A stretch of DNA of 64,000 nucleotides from an uncultured bacterium. GTDB lineage: Bacteria > Verrucomicrobiota > Verrucomicrobiia > Verrucomicrobiales > DEV007. A program made the position numbers and the translations under genes. The notes under the pieces are model-generated. The model had not been told where the DNA came from. It saw only the letters and a program-made list of their open reading frames with translations, and did not search any database. Where the stretch lies: contig CAXBMO010000001.1 in assembly GCA_963977015.1 (NCBI GenBank), positions 128,001-192,000 on the forward strand, given 5' to 3'. This document shows, piece after piece, positions 10,921 through 22,300 of this stretch (the first letter of the stretch is position 1; each line of letters begins with the position of its first letter).

Positions 10921-11029
10921 TGCGTGATCGGTCTTCCAGACCCGGTAAAGTTGGGTTCACGCCAAGGTTTGGAGCGATTTTTGCGTAAGAAACGCGGTTT
11001 CGCGACATTGTACGGAGTCCACGCCCTCC

Positions 11030-14000
11030 ATGACTGCCGTCAAAAACATTCCCTTGCTCCTATTGACCCTTCTCGCGCCGGCCGTCGGTTGGGCGGAGTC
11101 GAAACTCGATTTCAACCGCGACGTCCGCCCAATTCTCTCGGACAAGTGTTTTCACTGCCATGGACCGGATTCGAAGAACCAAAAATCGGATTTCCGGCTC
11201 GATTCCGAGGAGGCGATCCTCGCGGATCTTGGTGGCGGTGTTGTTGGTGTGAAACCCGGCAGCCTGGAAGACAGTGAACTCCATTGGCGGATTCATGACG
11301 AGGAAGATCCGATGCCGCCAACGGATTCGAATCGCTACCTGAGCAAGGGCGAAAAGGCGATTTTGGATCGGTGGATTGAAGAAGGCGCGCCATACGACAA
11401 GCATTGGGCTTTCAGAGTTCCGCAGCGACCGGAGGTTCCTGAGACGAAGGCCGCGTGGGGTTCCAATCCGATCGACAAATTCATCCTCGAACGGCTCGAG
11501 GCCGAAGGACTTCAGCCCTCCCAACCCGCTTCCCGCGAAACCTTGCTGCGGCGGGCGTCAATGACCCTCACCGGCCTGATTCCGACGCCTGAGGAAATGC
11601 GAACGTTCCTTGGGGACGACTCGCCAGACGCTTACGAAAAGCAACTCAAGCGGCTGCTTGCCACAACCGACTACGCCGAGCGCCAAACTCTCCGTTGGCT
11701 TGATGCGGCCCGCTTTGCCGACACCGACGGCTATCAAAACGACGCTCATCGTTCCAACTGGCCGTGGCGCGATTGGGTCATTCAGGCTTTCCATGAAAAT
11801 AAACCCTTCGATGAATTCACCATCGAACAGATCGCGGGAGATATGCTCCCGGAAGCGACCAACAGCCAGATACTCGCCTCTGCCTTTAACCGCAACCATC
11901 GCCAGAATTCGGAGGGCGGCGCATTGGCGGAAGAGTTTTTCGTCGAGAACGTGATCGATCGAGTGGAAACCACTTCCACGGTGTTCCTGGGCCTCACGAT
12001 GGGGTGTGCCAGGTGTCACGATCATAAATATGACCCGCTAAGCCAGAAGGAATTCTACCAAATGTTCGCCTACTTCAATAACATTGGCGAACGCGGCACG
12101 GGAAAAGGCATTGCAGCCAATCCCATTCTGAAGGCCGCCTCGCCGCTGGTGGACGTGCCTCAAGACATTCTTACGAAGCGCAATTCGGCGGAGGAAGCGT
12201 TGCGAGAGGCGAAGAAGGGGCTTCGGGAGCGTCGGGAAGCCTGGGTGCAAAAGCTCGTGACCGACTCGGAGCGTGGCGAGATCGCATGGGCCTTGCCCGA
12301 AATTACCGCAGCGACTTCGACCGAGGGCATCCTTCAGGATCAAGAAGATGGAAGCTGGATACTGGAGGGCAGAGCAACCTATCCCAGCTACACCATTTCG
12401 TTCAGACCCGGTTCCAGCTCGATCACGGCGTTGCGCATCGATGCCTTGCCGGATGCGAGTTTTGCCAAACCCCGCCAACTTTCCCGCAGCACGAATGGCA
12501 ACTTTGTTCTCACAGAGGTCGAACTGAAAATTGACGGCAAACCGATCACGTTTCGGGAGGCTGTTGCCAGTTTTGAGCAGGCGACCTATCCCGCGGCACA
12601 GGCGATCGATGGCAACGCCAAATCCGGTTGGGCGGTCTACGATCAGAAGCCGGCCGAAGTCAGCCTCTTGCTCAAACTGACCGCTCCCTTGAAAGCGACG
12701 GCCGAGAGCGAGCTGACTCTGGTGTTGCATCACCAATCGCAATACGGCGCCCACAACATCGGAAAGTTTCGCCTGTCGCAAACTGATCGCGCTCAACCAA
12801 CGCTGGAGAATGGACGTCCCAACCTCAAGCTTCTTGCCGCCGCGAAGATTCCAGCCACGGAGCGTGACCGCAACCAGGTTAAACTGATCAACGAGGCGTT
12901 CACCAGGCAGGACGGCCCGATTCTGGAGGCCCAGGGGCGCGTCGATGCGATCAATAAGCAGCTCGTTGCCGGTGGATTCCTTGATGTGCCTGTCATGGTG
13001 ATGCAGGAGCGGGAGGGCGAGCCAATACCGGCCTACCTTCTGAATCGTGGTAGCTATCTGGAGCCGGACCAATCTGAAACGATGACTCGCCAGATGCCGG
13101 CTGCGCTGTTTTCGGGCGAGAATCCCAAGCAGCCGGCGAACCGGTTGGAACTCGCGCAGTGGTTGGTTTCCCGTGAAAACCCACTCACCGCACGGGTGAT
13201 CGTGAACCGGGTTTGGCAGAGCGTTTTCGGCACGGGGCTGGTCAAAACGGTCGAAGATTTTGGATTGCAGGGCGAGATTCCCTCGCATCCGGAATTGCTC
13301 GACTGGTTGGCGGTGGAATTCATGGAATCTGGCTGGGATCTCGGTGAGCTGTTTACGTTGATCCTCACAAGCGAGACGTATCGGCAACGCTCAAGTTCCA
13401 CCCCTGAGATGAGGAACGTTGATCCCGAAAATCGACTTCTCGCTCGGGGGCCACGCTATCGCATGGACGGTTTTGCGATACGCGACATCGCTCTACAAGC
13501 CGCAGGACTGCTTGACGAACGCGTTGGAGGGCAGCCTGTGAAACCCTACCAGCCCGAAGGCCTGTGGAATGCGGTGAGTGCCGGCGCCAGCACCCGCTAC
13601 GCGATGGGACGAGGCAATGACCTCTATCGCAAAAGTATTTACACCTACTGGAAACGCGCGGTAAATCCGCCCAGACAAATCATCTTTGATGCGGCAGGGC
13701 GCGAGGCGTGCAATGTCAATTCACGAGTCACCAACACGCCGCTACAGGCGCTGGTTTTGATGAACGACGTTACGTTTGTCGAAGCCGCGCGGAATCTGGC
13801 TGAACGAGGCCTGAAATCGCCCAATGCCGATTCGCTGGCCGAGATTTACCAACTGGCCACTTCCCGCCAAGTCAAGCCTGAGATCCTGACCGTGCTGCGG
13901 GAACATCTGGCTTGGTTCGAAGCACACTTTTCTTCGAAACCGGAGGCCACCGAAACGTATCTCTCCATGGGCGAATCGCCTCGCGACAAACAGCTCGATC

Positions 14001-14074
14001 CCGTCGAGCACGCCGCCCACACTGCCGTTGCTCACCTGATTTTGAATCTCGACGAAACCATCACGCTCGAATGA
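11030..14074 (+). CDS. PSD1/planctomycete cytochrome c protein (DUF1549/DUF1553)
   Basis: [73 protein letters not shown] motifs. Confidence 0.9.
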   Translation: MTAVKNIPLLLLTLLAPAVGWAESKLDFNRDVRPILSDKCFHCHGPDSKNQKSDFRLDSEEAILADLGGGVVGVKPGSLEDSELHWRIHDEEDPMPPTDSNRYLSKGEKAILDRWIEEGAPYDKHWAFRVPQRPEVPETKAAWGSNPIDKFILERLEAEGLQPSQPASRETLLRRASMTLTGLIPTPEEMRTFLGDDSPDAYEKQLKRLLATTDYAERQTLRWLDAARFADTDGYQNDAHRSNWPWRDWVIQAFHENKPFDEFTIEQIAGDMLPEATNSQILASAFNRNHRQNSEGGALAEEFFVENVIDRVETTSTVFLGLTMGCARCHDHKYDPLSQKEFYQMFAYFNNIGERGTGKGIAANPILKAASPLVDVPQDILTKRNSAEEALREAKKGLRERREAWVQKLVTDSERGEIAWALPEITAATSTEGILQDQEDGSWILEGRATYPSYTISFRPGSSSITALRIDALPDASFAKPRQLSRSTNGNFVLTEVELKIDGKPITFREAVASFEQATYPAAQAIDGNAKSGWAVYDQKPAEVSLLLKLTAPLKATAESELTLVLHHQSQYGAHNIGKFRLSQTDRAQPTLENGRPNLKLLAAAKIPATERDRNQVKLINEAFTRQDGPILEAQGRVDAINKQLVAGGFLDVPVMVMQEREGEPIPAYLLNRGSYLEPDQSETMTRQMPAALFSGENPKQPANRLELAQWLVSRENPLTARVIVNRVWQSVFGTGLVKTVEDFGLQGEIPSHPELLDWLAVEFMESGWDLGELFTLILTSETYRQRSSSTPEMRNVDPENRLLARGPRYRMDGFAIRDIALQAAGLLDERVGGQPVKPYQPEGLWNAVSAGASTRYAMGRGNDLYRKSIYTYWKRAVNPPRQIIFDAAGREACNVNSRVTNTPLQALVLMNDVTFVEAARNLAERGLKSPNADSLAEIYQLATSRQVKPEILTVLREHLAWFEAHFSSKPEATETYLSMGESPRDKQLDPVEHAAHTAVAHLILNLDETITLE

Positions 14075-15516
14075 ACCCGCTCGCCGAATCCCATTTTCTC
14101 GAAAATCGACGTCAATTCTTCAGCCGCTCAGCCAAAGGGGTTGGCGTTGCGGCGCTGGCCTCGTTGTTGAACCAGGACCTTCCCGCCTCGGTGTCGAATG
14201 GCACGATGAAAGCGTTCCACTTTGCCCCAAAAGCGAAGCGAGTGATCTACATGTTCCAAAGCGGGGCGCCGTCGCAGCAGGATCTTTTCGACTACAAACC
14301 AAAGCTGCAAAAGCACTTTGGTGAGGACATGCGGGACCATTTTGAGATGACCCAACGCGTCACCGGAATGACGAAAGGGCAAAAGGCGTTTCCATTGGCC
14401 GGCACACGCTACAAATTTGAAAAACACGGCGAGTGCGGAATGGAAATCAGTGAGCTATTGCCGCACATCTCGGGAATTGCCGACGATATCTGCCTGATTC
14501 GGTCGATGCACACCGAGGCGATCAACCACGATCCGGCGATCACGTTTTTTCAGACCGGACATCAACTCGCCGGAAGGCCCAGTATCGGTTCGTGGCTTTC
14601 CTACGGTCTCGGTTCAGCCAACAACAATCTGCCGACTTTCGTTGCCCTGGCTTCGCGGGGAACCGGGCGTCCCAACTGCCAACCACTCTACGACCGGCTT
14701 TGGGGGAGCGGTTTTTTGCCGACGCAGCATGCCGGAGTAAAGTTCATGGGGGTGGGCGATCCGGTCTTGTATCTCAAGAATCCGGCCGGATTCGACAAAT
14801 CAGCGCGCCGCAGGATGCTTGATGACCTCAGCAGATTGAATCAACAGAAGTTGGAAGCATTCGGCGATCCCGAAATCGCGACCCGCATCCAGCAATACGA
14901 AATGGCTTACCGAATGCAGACTTCCGTGCCGGAGCTGGTCGATTTTTCCGATGAGCCGCAGCACATTCTCGACATGTATGGGCCCAACGTGATGAAGCGT
15001 GGCACCTATGCCTTCAATGCGCTACTGGCCCGGCGACTGGCGGAGCGAGATGTGCGTTTCATCCAGATGTTTCATATGGGTTGGGACCAGCATGGGAATT
15101 TGCACAATCAACTCTCCGGACAGTGTCGCGATGCAGACCAGGCTTCGGCCGCCTTGGTCAAGGACCTGAAACAGCGTGGAATGTTGGACGATACCTTGGT
15201 CATCTGGGGTGGTGAATTTGGACGCACCTCCTATTGCCAGGGCAAATTGACCCGGGAAGTTTATGGTCGCGACCACCATCCGCGTTGTTTCTCGATCTGG
15301 ATGACCGGCGCAGGAGTCAAACGGGGGATGACCTATGGCGCGACGGATGACTACTGCTACAACATCACGGAGAATCCGGTTCATGTGCATGACCTGCACG
15401 CGACAATGTTGCAGCAGTTGGGGATCGATCACGAGAAGCTGACCTACCGTTTTCAAGGCCGCTACTTCCGCTTAACCGATGTGCACGGGCACGTCGTGAA
15501 GGATATCCTGGGTTGA
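14071..15516 (+). CDS. DUF1501 domain protein (Tat-like signal)
   Basis: RRQFF twin-Arg, [40 protein letters not shown] overlap with the upstream gene, a typical pairing. Confidence 0.9.
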   Translation: MNPLAESHFLENRRQFFSRSAKGVGVAALASLLNQDLPASVSNGTMKAFHFAPKAKRVIYMFQSGAPSQQDLFDYKPKLQKHFGEDMRDHFEMTQRVTGMTKGQKAFPLAGTRYKFEKHGECGMEISELLPHISGIADDICLIRSMHTEAINHDPAITFFQTGHQLAGRPSIGSWLSYGLGSANNNLPTFVALASRGTGRPNCQPLYDRLWGSGFLPTQHAGVKFMGVGDPVLYLKNPAGFDKSARRRMLDDLSRLNQQKLEAFGDPEIATRIQQYEMAYRMQTSVPELVDFSDEPQHILDMYGPNVMKRGTYAFNALLARRLAERDVRFIQMFHMGWDQHGNLHNQLSGQCRDADQASAALVKDLKQRGMLDDTLVIWGGEFGRTSYCQGKLTREVYGRDHHPRCFSIWMTGAGVKRGMTYGATDDYCYNITENPVHVHDLHATMLQQLGIDHEKLTYRFQGRYFRLTDVHGHVVKDILG

Positions 15517-15544
15517 TTCGCGGAAGCCTGGGAAGAAATGAGAG

Positions 15545-15617
15545 AGCCGACTGTCGGACTCGAACCGACGACCCCGAGATTACAAATCACGTGCTCTACC
15601 AACTGAGCTAAGTCGGC
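15545..15617 (-). tRNA. tRNA-Thr (anticodon UGU), CCA not encoded
   Basis: Reverse complement GCCGACTTAGCTCAGTTGGTAGAGCACGTGATT-TGT-AATCTCGGGGTCGTCGGTTCGAGTCCGACAGTCGGCT folds as a cloverleaf; one U-U mismatch in the anticodon stem. Confidence 0.95.
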
Positions 15618-15839
15618 CAAAAAGGGGCAGGATCCTAAATCGAAGTGATTTGGGGCGCAACTGATTCTTTGCACGAGATTTGTTTGTCAGAATGTCGGAA
15701 ATGAACCGTCCTAACGAGGCGAAAAACGGGTGGACACGGGTTGACATTGCGACGAAGTATGCTCCCGATTTACACGACACCTTGTAGGTTCGTCAGGATC
15801 GTAAACCACGCAAATACTGCGGTAAGCACGACGCACATT

Positions 15840-16937
15840 ATGAAATTTAAGATCACGAAAGAGAAATTCATGGAGGGCCTGTCCCAGGTTCAGCACGTCG
15901 TGAGCACCCGCACTACTTTGCCGATTCTTTCCAATGTTTTGATGGAGGCAACCGACGGGGAAATTCGCCTGACGACAACGGACCTGGACGTCGGTGTTCG
16001 CGGTTCCGTCAGCGCAGATGTGGAAGCTAGCGGTTCGACGACGCTTCCGGCGCGGAAGTTGGCGACCATCGTGCGGGAGCTGCCCACCAGCGAGATCGAG
16101 TTTGAGGTCAACGAGAACAACATCGCTCACATCCATGCGGGGCCGAGTTTCTTCAAAATTCTTGGTTTGAGTGAGGACGAGTTTCCTCCGCTGCCTGATT
16201 TTGAGGATGCGATCGTCTTCAACGTTGAGCAGAAGGTGCTCAAAGAGGGGCTGAAAAAGACTTCCTACGCGATTTCGACCGATGAGACTCGCTACGTTCT
16301 GAACGGCATTTTCTGCTCGTTCAAGGATCAGCAACTAACGCTGGTGGCGACAGATGGCCGGCGGTTGGCAATGGTTGATAGTGATCTTGAGTTTCCCGAT
16401 TCCCAAGAGCGCGAAATCATTGTTCCGACGAAGGCTGTGAACGAATTGCAGCGTCTGTTGGCAGATGCTGGTGAGGTCAAGATTTCCGTGAGCGACAGCC
16501 AGATTGCCTTCGAGTTGAACGGCTACCTGCTCACCAGTAAGTTGATCGAGGGGAATTATCCGAATTTCCGCCAAGTTATCCCCGGCGAAACGAAGCATCG
16601 TGTCACCATGGATCGCGAGACTCTGCGCGAGATTGTCCATCGGGTGTCGCTCCTCACGAGCGATAAGTCGAGTTCAATCAAGATGCACTTTACCGAGGAC
16701 AACATCGAGGTGATGGCCAATTCGCCCGATGTTGGAGAGGCGCGCGAATCCCTTCCGGTCTCCTACAAGGGGGATGAGATGTCGATTGCGTTCAATCCGG
16801 AATTCTTGATGGCGCCACTTCGCAATCTGGAAACGGATGAGGTTCACCTCGATTTGATCGATGAAATGAGCCCCGGCGTCCTTCGCATCAACGAGCCCTT
16901 CCTCTACGTGTTGATGCCCATGCGGGTAACTGGCTGA
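15840..16937 (+). CDS. dnaN: DNA polymerase III beta sliding clamp
   Basis: MKFKITKE...TTLPILSNVL, STDETRYVLNG, LVATDGRRLA, SKLIEGNYPNF, C-terminal YVLMPMR. Confidence 0.97.
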   Translation: MKFKITKEKFMEGLSQVQHVVSTRTTLPILSNVLMEATDGEIRLTTTDLDVGVRGSVSADVEASGSTTLPARKLATIVRELPTSEIEFEVNENNIAHIHAGPSFFKILGLSEDEFPPLPDFEDAIVFNVEQKVLKEGLKKTSYAISTDETRYVLNGIFCSFKDQQLTLVATDGRRLAMVDSDLEFPDSQEREIIVPTKAVNELQRLLADAGEVKISVSDSQIAFELNGYLLTSKLIEGNYPNFRQVIPGETKHRVTMDRETLREIVHRVSLLTSDKSSSIKMHFTEDNIEVMANSPDVGEARESLPVSYKGDEMSIAFNPEFLMAPLRNLETDEVHLDLIDEMSPGVLRINEPFLYVLMPMRVTG

Positions 16938-16970
16938 TCCAAGGCGGCCCGAAAGGGGCTGCTGTTGAAT

Positions 16971-17585
16971 TCAGGTCGTTGCTTCTTCTGTGCTTTTAAG
17001 TTCTCCGGCTATTTTGGAGAGACGCTCCAATTGGTGGTGCGGAATCTTGTCGATGTCGACACGCTCTCCTGAATTGAGAAGGATACTGAAGGTTCCCTTT
17101 TTCTCTCCAGGTTTGATCCGCTCGGTGGCGTCGCAGACGTCATCAACGCCATAGATGTCGAACTCGAGCGTGCCGGTCATTTTGTGGTGAATCACGCAGA
17201 TTCGTAAATTGGTGATTGCGACCGAAATCGGACTCGTCAGTCGGACGGGACCGGTAAGGCTGAGTGCGGGAAGATCCTGCACGGCGATGTAAAAGATGTC
17301 TTCATCATCTCCGAGAGCCGAACTCAGTTTGTTGAAGGCATCCGTCAACATTTCGCGGTCTTGGCCATCGTCTTCAAAATTGGCGATCGCCTGATGCAAA
17401 TCAAAGACCTCCGAAATGGGAGTCCAGTTCTCCAGGCCTTCGTAGAAAACGAAGTCCTTGGATTTGATCGCTCCTTCATTGAGGAGCTCTACCAATTGGT
17501 TTTGGCTATAAGGTCCAATTGGAGTTTCTTCTCCAGAACGAAGAATGGAGAATATTTGATATTCCGGAAGCTCAGCAGTACTCAT
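16971..17585 (-). CDS. GYF_2 (DUF4339) domain protein
   Basis: N-terminal GPYSQNQLVELLNEGAI...VFYEGLENWTPI motif; start set to ATG 17585. Confidence 0.7.
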   Translation of the reverse strand: MSTAELPEYQIFSILRSGEETPIGPYSQNQLVELLNEGAIKSKDFVFYEGLENWTPISEVFDLHQAIANFEDDGQDREMLTDAFNKLSSALGDDEDIFYIAVQDLPALSLTGPVRLTSPISVAITNLRICVIHHKMTGTLEFDIYGVDDVCDATERIKPGEKKGTFSILLNSGERVDIDKIPHHQLERLSKIAGELKSTEEATT

Positions 17586-17843
17586 GGCGGGGGTGTTTAA
17601 GGGGGTGTGGACTATTTCCACATGGTGCAACAACAAGCTTAAATGATCATCAGGGATTCGCGAGCTACGAGACAAGAGGGAAATGAGGCTAATGATTGAT
17701 CAATTTGCGAAGCGAGCATTCAAAACGGGAGAGGGCGAAGAGGCCTGCGATATTGGAGAATTTGCCACGTTGCCAAGATTTCACGACGTTCAGGTGATTG
17801 AACAGGCGTTGCGAAGTCCTGCTTTAACCTGTATCTTCGCCGC

Positions 17844-19010
17844 ATGTACGACCCACGGATTGATGAACTCGCTCGCCAACTTGTCCGCTATTCAACCAGT
17901 GTTACAAAGGGCGACAAAGTCCTGATTGAAGCCTTTGATGTACCGGATTCGATCACGATTGCACTGGTAAGGGCTGTTCGTGCGGCAAAGGCGACGCCAT
18001 TGGTCAATCTCCATCAAGCGAAGATCAATCGTGAGTTGGGTCTCCATGCCACTGAAGAACAATATAACATCATCGGGCGTCAGTCGCTCGATCAGATGAA
18101 AGGGATCGATGTATATATTGCGATTCGTGGAAGTAATAATATCAACGAGTTGAGCGACGTCCCTGCAGACAAGATGAAGCTGATTGCTTCGAAGATGCGG
18201 CCAACGCTGAATCATCGCGTCAACAAAACCCGTTGGTGTGTCTTGCGCTGGCCAACGACCGCCATGGCGCAGCAGGCGAATATGAGCACGGAAGCTTTTG
18301 AGGACTTTTACTTCCGGGTTTGTCTGTTGGACTACAAGAGCATGCTGCCTGCGATGCGCGCTCTCAAACGGATGATGGATGCGGCGGATCATGTCCACAT
18401 CATGGGACCGGAGACGGATCTGCGATTCAGTATCAAAGGTTTGGAGGCAATTGCCTGCGGAGGAACCCATAACATTCCAGATGGAGAGTGTTTTACGTCT
18501 CCCGTCAAAGAAAGCGTGGAAGGCAAGATTACCTACAATGCGCCAACCGTGTATCAGGGAACGGCATTCGACAATGTTTGCCTGGAGTTTGAGCGTGGCA
18601 AAATTGTGAATGCGACATCAAGCAATACGAAAGCACTGAATCGCATTCTCGATTCAGATGCAGGCTCCCGTTATATCGGGGAATTTGCGATCGCCTTTAA
18701 TAACGAGATCAAGGAGCCGATGCGTGACATTCTGTTTGATGAGAAGATCGGTGGTTCTTTTCACTTTACGCCAGGCCAAGCCTACGAAGGTGTCGCGGAC
18801 AACGGCAATCGCAGCCAGGTGCATTGGGACATGGTGCAAATTCAGCGGAAAGACTGGGGAGGCGGCGAGATTTACTTCGATGGCAAACTGATCCGGAAAG
18901 ATGGGCTCTTTGTTCCAACCAGCCTTCATCGACTGAATCCGAAAGGTGCGGCACCCAAAGTCGGGGTTGCTCGCAAGAAGGCGGCAGCCAACGCCAAGAA
19001 GGCGGGATGA
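17844..19010 (+). CDS. M29 family aminopeptidase (AmpS/PepS-like)
   Basis: [45 protein letters not shown]. Confidence 0.9.
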   Translation: MYDPRIDELARQLVRYSTSVTKGDKVLIEAFDVPDSITIALVRAVRAAKATPLVNLHQAKINRELGLHATEEQYNIIGRQSLDQMKGIDVYIAIRGSNNINELSDVPADKMKLIASKMRPTLNHRVNKTRWCVLRWPTTAMAQQANMSTEAFEDFYFRVCLLDYKSMLPAMRALKRMMDAADHVHIMGPETDLRFSIKGLEAIACGGTHNIPDGECFTSPVKESVEGKITYNAPTVYQGTAFDNVCLEFERGKIVNATSSNTKALNRILDSDAGSRYIGEFAIAFNNEIKEPMRDILFDEKIGGSFHFTPGQAYEGVADNGNRSQVHWDMVQIQRKDWGGGEIYFDGKLIRKDGLFVPTSLHRLNPKGAAPKVGVARKKAAANAKKAG

Positions 19011-19390
19011 AGCTGATTCTCTTTGTCGGAATTGGTGGGTTTCTTGGAGCCGTTTGTCGTCACCTCCTGGCTGGAGCCGTGGATCGCTGGCAGACGTTGT
19101 CCGGATTTCCCTGGGGGATCTTTGCGGCCAATATCATTGGTTGCCTTCTAATCGGCGTGTTCTTTGGATACTCGGTCAATGTCAAAAGCGTGACTGAGGA
19201 GACGCGATTGCTCCTGACCACCGGGTTTTTGGGGAGTTTGACGACCTTCTCAACCTTCAGCCTTCAGACATTGGAACTCCTGCGTGCCGGGCAGGTTGGC
19301 CTGGGATTGGCCAACATTGGGGCAAGCATCGTTGTCGGACTGCTGGCGGTCTGGTTGGGATTCGGAATCGTGTCCTGGTTCCGGACTTAG
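19007..19390 (+). CDS. crcB: Fluoride efflux channel CrcB/Fluc
   Basis: [34 protein letters not shown] signature; ATGA overlap with the aminopeptidase. Confidence 0.93.
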   Translation: MKLILFVGIGGFLGAVCRHLLAGAVDRWQTLSGFPWGIFAANIIGCLLIGVFFGYSVNVKSVTEETRLLLTTGFLGSLTTFSTFSLQTLELLRAGQVGLGLANIGASIVVGLLAVWLGFGIVSWFRT

Positions 19391-22300
19391 AGCGACTTGA
19401 TCGCAATGTTCCGGAACATGACGGGATCGTTGTGTCCCGCGAATCCAAAGTGGCCTTTCTTGAGGTCTTTACCCGGATGAGGGCGTTCCTTCATGAAGTC
19501 CTTCTGGGTGATTTTGCTGAGGTCCGTATCAACGATGACCGAGCCATTCAGTTCCACCTTGATGGTGGATCCCTTGATCGTGACTTCCTGGTAATTCCAT
19601 TGTCCCACGGGGCGAAGATAACCGCGCTTGGCGGGGACCATTCCGTAGGGGCTGCCGTGGTATTGCCGTGGATCCAGCTTGGCGTATTTTTCGGCGGTGT
19701 TGTCGAGAACCTGCAGCTCACACATCGCGCCGTAAGCAGCATCCCCTTTGCCGGGATAGCGAATGGCAAGGCCATTGTTGCCTCCCGGGGGCAGCTTGAA
19801 TTCAAGCCGGATGACGTGATCGGTGTATTGTTCGTTGGTAAAGAGAACTCCGCCGTGACCAGGCTTGCAGCGAATGGCGCCATCGACGACTTCGTAATTC
19901 TCCACGGCGCCCTGCCAACCGCTGAAGTCCTTACCGTTGAACACGGACTTGAACCCTTGCGCTGCATCATTTCCGCGGAGCAGACCGTTGGCCTCATCCC
20001 CTGAATAGTCCTTCACAAAGATATTCCGCCAGCGGATTTCGCCGCCATGGGTTTGCAAGTGTATCGGGCCTGTTTTTGGGAGCGGCGCGCTACGGTCCCA
20101 GTAATTCTCCCAGATGGCTCCATCGACCACGGGTTGATCGTTGAGCCAAACCCAGGTTCGTGCGCCGAGCTGTCGAATTCTGAAGTTGTTCCACTGGCCG
20201 AAAGCTTTGTCCGCGAGCACTTTTGGATCCTTGCCCGGAGCTCCCGCGCTGTTGTTCCACAGCCCTCCAGATCCTTTGTCCGCGCCAATTTTCCACTTCT
20301 TCTCATCTGTGTAGTCCCAGATTTGAACCTGGGGCGTGCCGCGAAGGTAAATTCCGCTGTCCGCTTTCGCGACGGTCTTGTAATCGATGTGAAATTCGAT
20401 GTCGCCAAACTCGCGATCCGGAGTTGCGTATGGGCCGTGTCCGTCGTTGACCAGCTCGCCGTTTTCGACGCTCCAGTGAGCTGCGAACTCTTCCTTTTGT
20501 TTGGCGACTTCAGCCTTCAGGGCGTCAGCTCCCTGTTTCTCAGCTTTCGCTCGTCCGTGAGGGTTGTTGCCGTGCCAGCCGTCCAGATTTTTCCCATTGA
20601 AGAGGGAAGTGAATCCTTTGGGGGGAGCTTTCAATTCCGCATTGGGTTTCACGGGAGCTTTTTTCGCCGCCATTTTGGGCTTTGCGGCCGGATTGGATAC
20701 GCTCGTGCTGAAAACGGGATCGTTCTGGTCGCCTTTCGAGAGGAGGTAGGCGAGGAGATCCAGCACATCATCCTTCTCAAGGGTGTTGATCAATCCCGGA
20801 GGCATCATGGATACCGGTGAGGGACGCATGTCCTTGAGAAGCTTGCGATCCACCTTGGTCGTGTCGCTCGGCGCATACATGTTCGTGCTGACTTGGAACG
20901 CATCGCCGCTGAGGTTCATGATTCGCCCGATCACGGTGCTGCCGTCGTTCATCTCGAAGATCATCGCGCCATACTGGTCGGAGATCTCCTTGCTGGGGTT
21001 GGTGATGGATTCAAGGAGGTCGCGGGGGCTGAATTTACCCGCAACTCTGGTCAGGTCAGGGCCGATCGCTCCCCCCTCCTGATTGAAACGGTGGCAGGCG
21101 TAGCAGCCCGTCGTGCCAAACACATTTCGGCCATTCGCGAAGTCCCGGTTTCCTTCGAGACCAACATTGATCACGTCGTCAAGGTCATCGACCGTCCAGT
21201 TCTTGACGAAGCTGCGGGCTTTGAAACTGAACTGTGGGGTCGTGGATTCGGGTTTTGCTTCCAGAATCGGTTTCAGAGCGGCGAGTTGCTCTGGGTTCAG
21301 TTGGGCAACGGCGTCCTTCCGGATGCTGTCGAGAAAGTTGCCGAATGCTGCGCCGCCTTTGTAGGTTTTGGCGCGGACGAACCACTGAAAATAGGATTCG
21401 CGAAGTTCCGGAGTCCAGCCGTCTTTGGCCAGTCTCAGATTCTTGGCGTAGGCAATTTGCTCTTCCTGGGAAGGCGCGCTGTTCAACAGTTGAACGCCTT
21501 TTTTCGGGAGCGATTTGGCGCCAAGGGCTCCAAGCAAGGCGGAAAGCTCGAGGTTCTCTTCCGGTGATTTGGCAGGGAAGAGGGGATCGAGTTGAGCGAT
21601 GAGCTGCTGTTTCTGAGAGGGGCTGTAGTTGTAAGGAAACTCTCCACCAAATCGGGAAATCGTCAGGCCGTAAGCCCGGAGAAAGTCGAGCTTCTGTTGC
21701 TTGTTGAGGCGGTTGTAATCCAAGGTGCTGAGCGCACTGAAAATGTCGCTTTCCGTACCTTTGCGTGCGGTTCCGACTCTCGCTGCGGCGATCATTGCAG
21801 CCAGTTTCGCCTGAGGATTGGGTTCGGAAACGGCAAGGCCAATCCATTGGTCGATGGGTTGGTGCTCCAGCGCAACCCTGGCTGCATAGCGGATGGCCCG
21901 GTCGGTGCTCGCAAGGTGAGGCCAAGCTTCGAGAATCGCACTGGGACTTTCTACCCCGTGCCATTTTTCCAGTTTTTTGCGTAATTCACGAGCTTGTTCG
22001 CCACCCTTGGCAAGGGGAGCTGGCTTGGTTGATTCCTTGCCAACGTAGCTGACGCGATAGAGTCCGGATTGAACCCTGCGACCGCCAATCGCGACATACA
22101 TATTGCCGTCGGGATGGATGACCAGGTCCGTCAATGGAAGCGGCTGAGCGGCCATGAATTCCTCAAAATCAGCCTTGTAGCTCGATCCGTCAGGTTGGAG
22201 ATGAACCGCATACATCTTTCCGTAGCTCCAGTCACAGATGAACAATGCCTCCTGATATTTGGCGGGAAACTTGGCTCCGTATCCAAAGACGACTCCGGTT

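Noticed and set aside
15545-15617. tRNA-Thr as the integration site of a genomic island
   Set aside because: No integrase nearby and no duplicated tRNA 3' end noticed in the window.
15620-15840. Replication origin next to dnaN
   Set aside because: No dnaA and no cluster of DnaA boxes; the only near-match seen (TTATCCACT, 6352-6360) is isolated.
18900-19010. Fluoride riboswitch upstream of crcB
   Set aside because: crcB overlaps the aminopeptidase stop (ATGA), leaving no leader, and no motif was seen.
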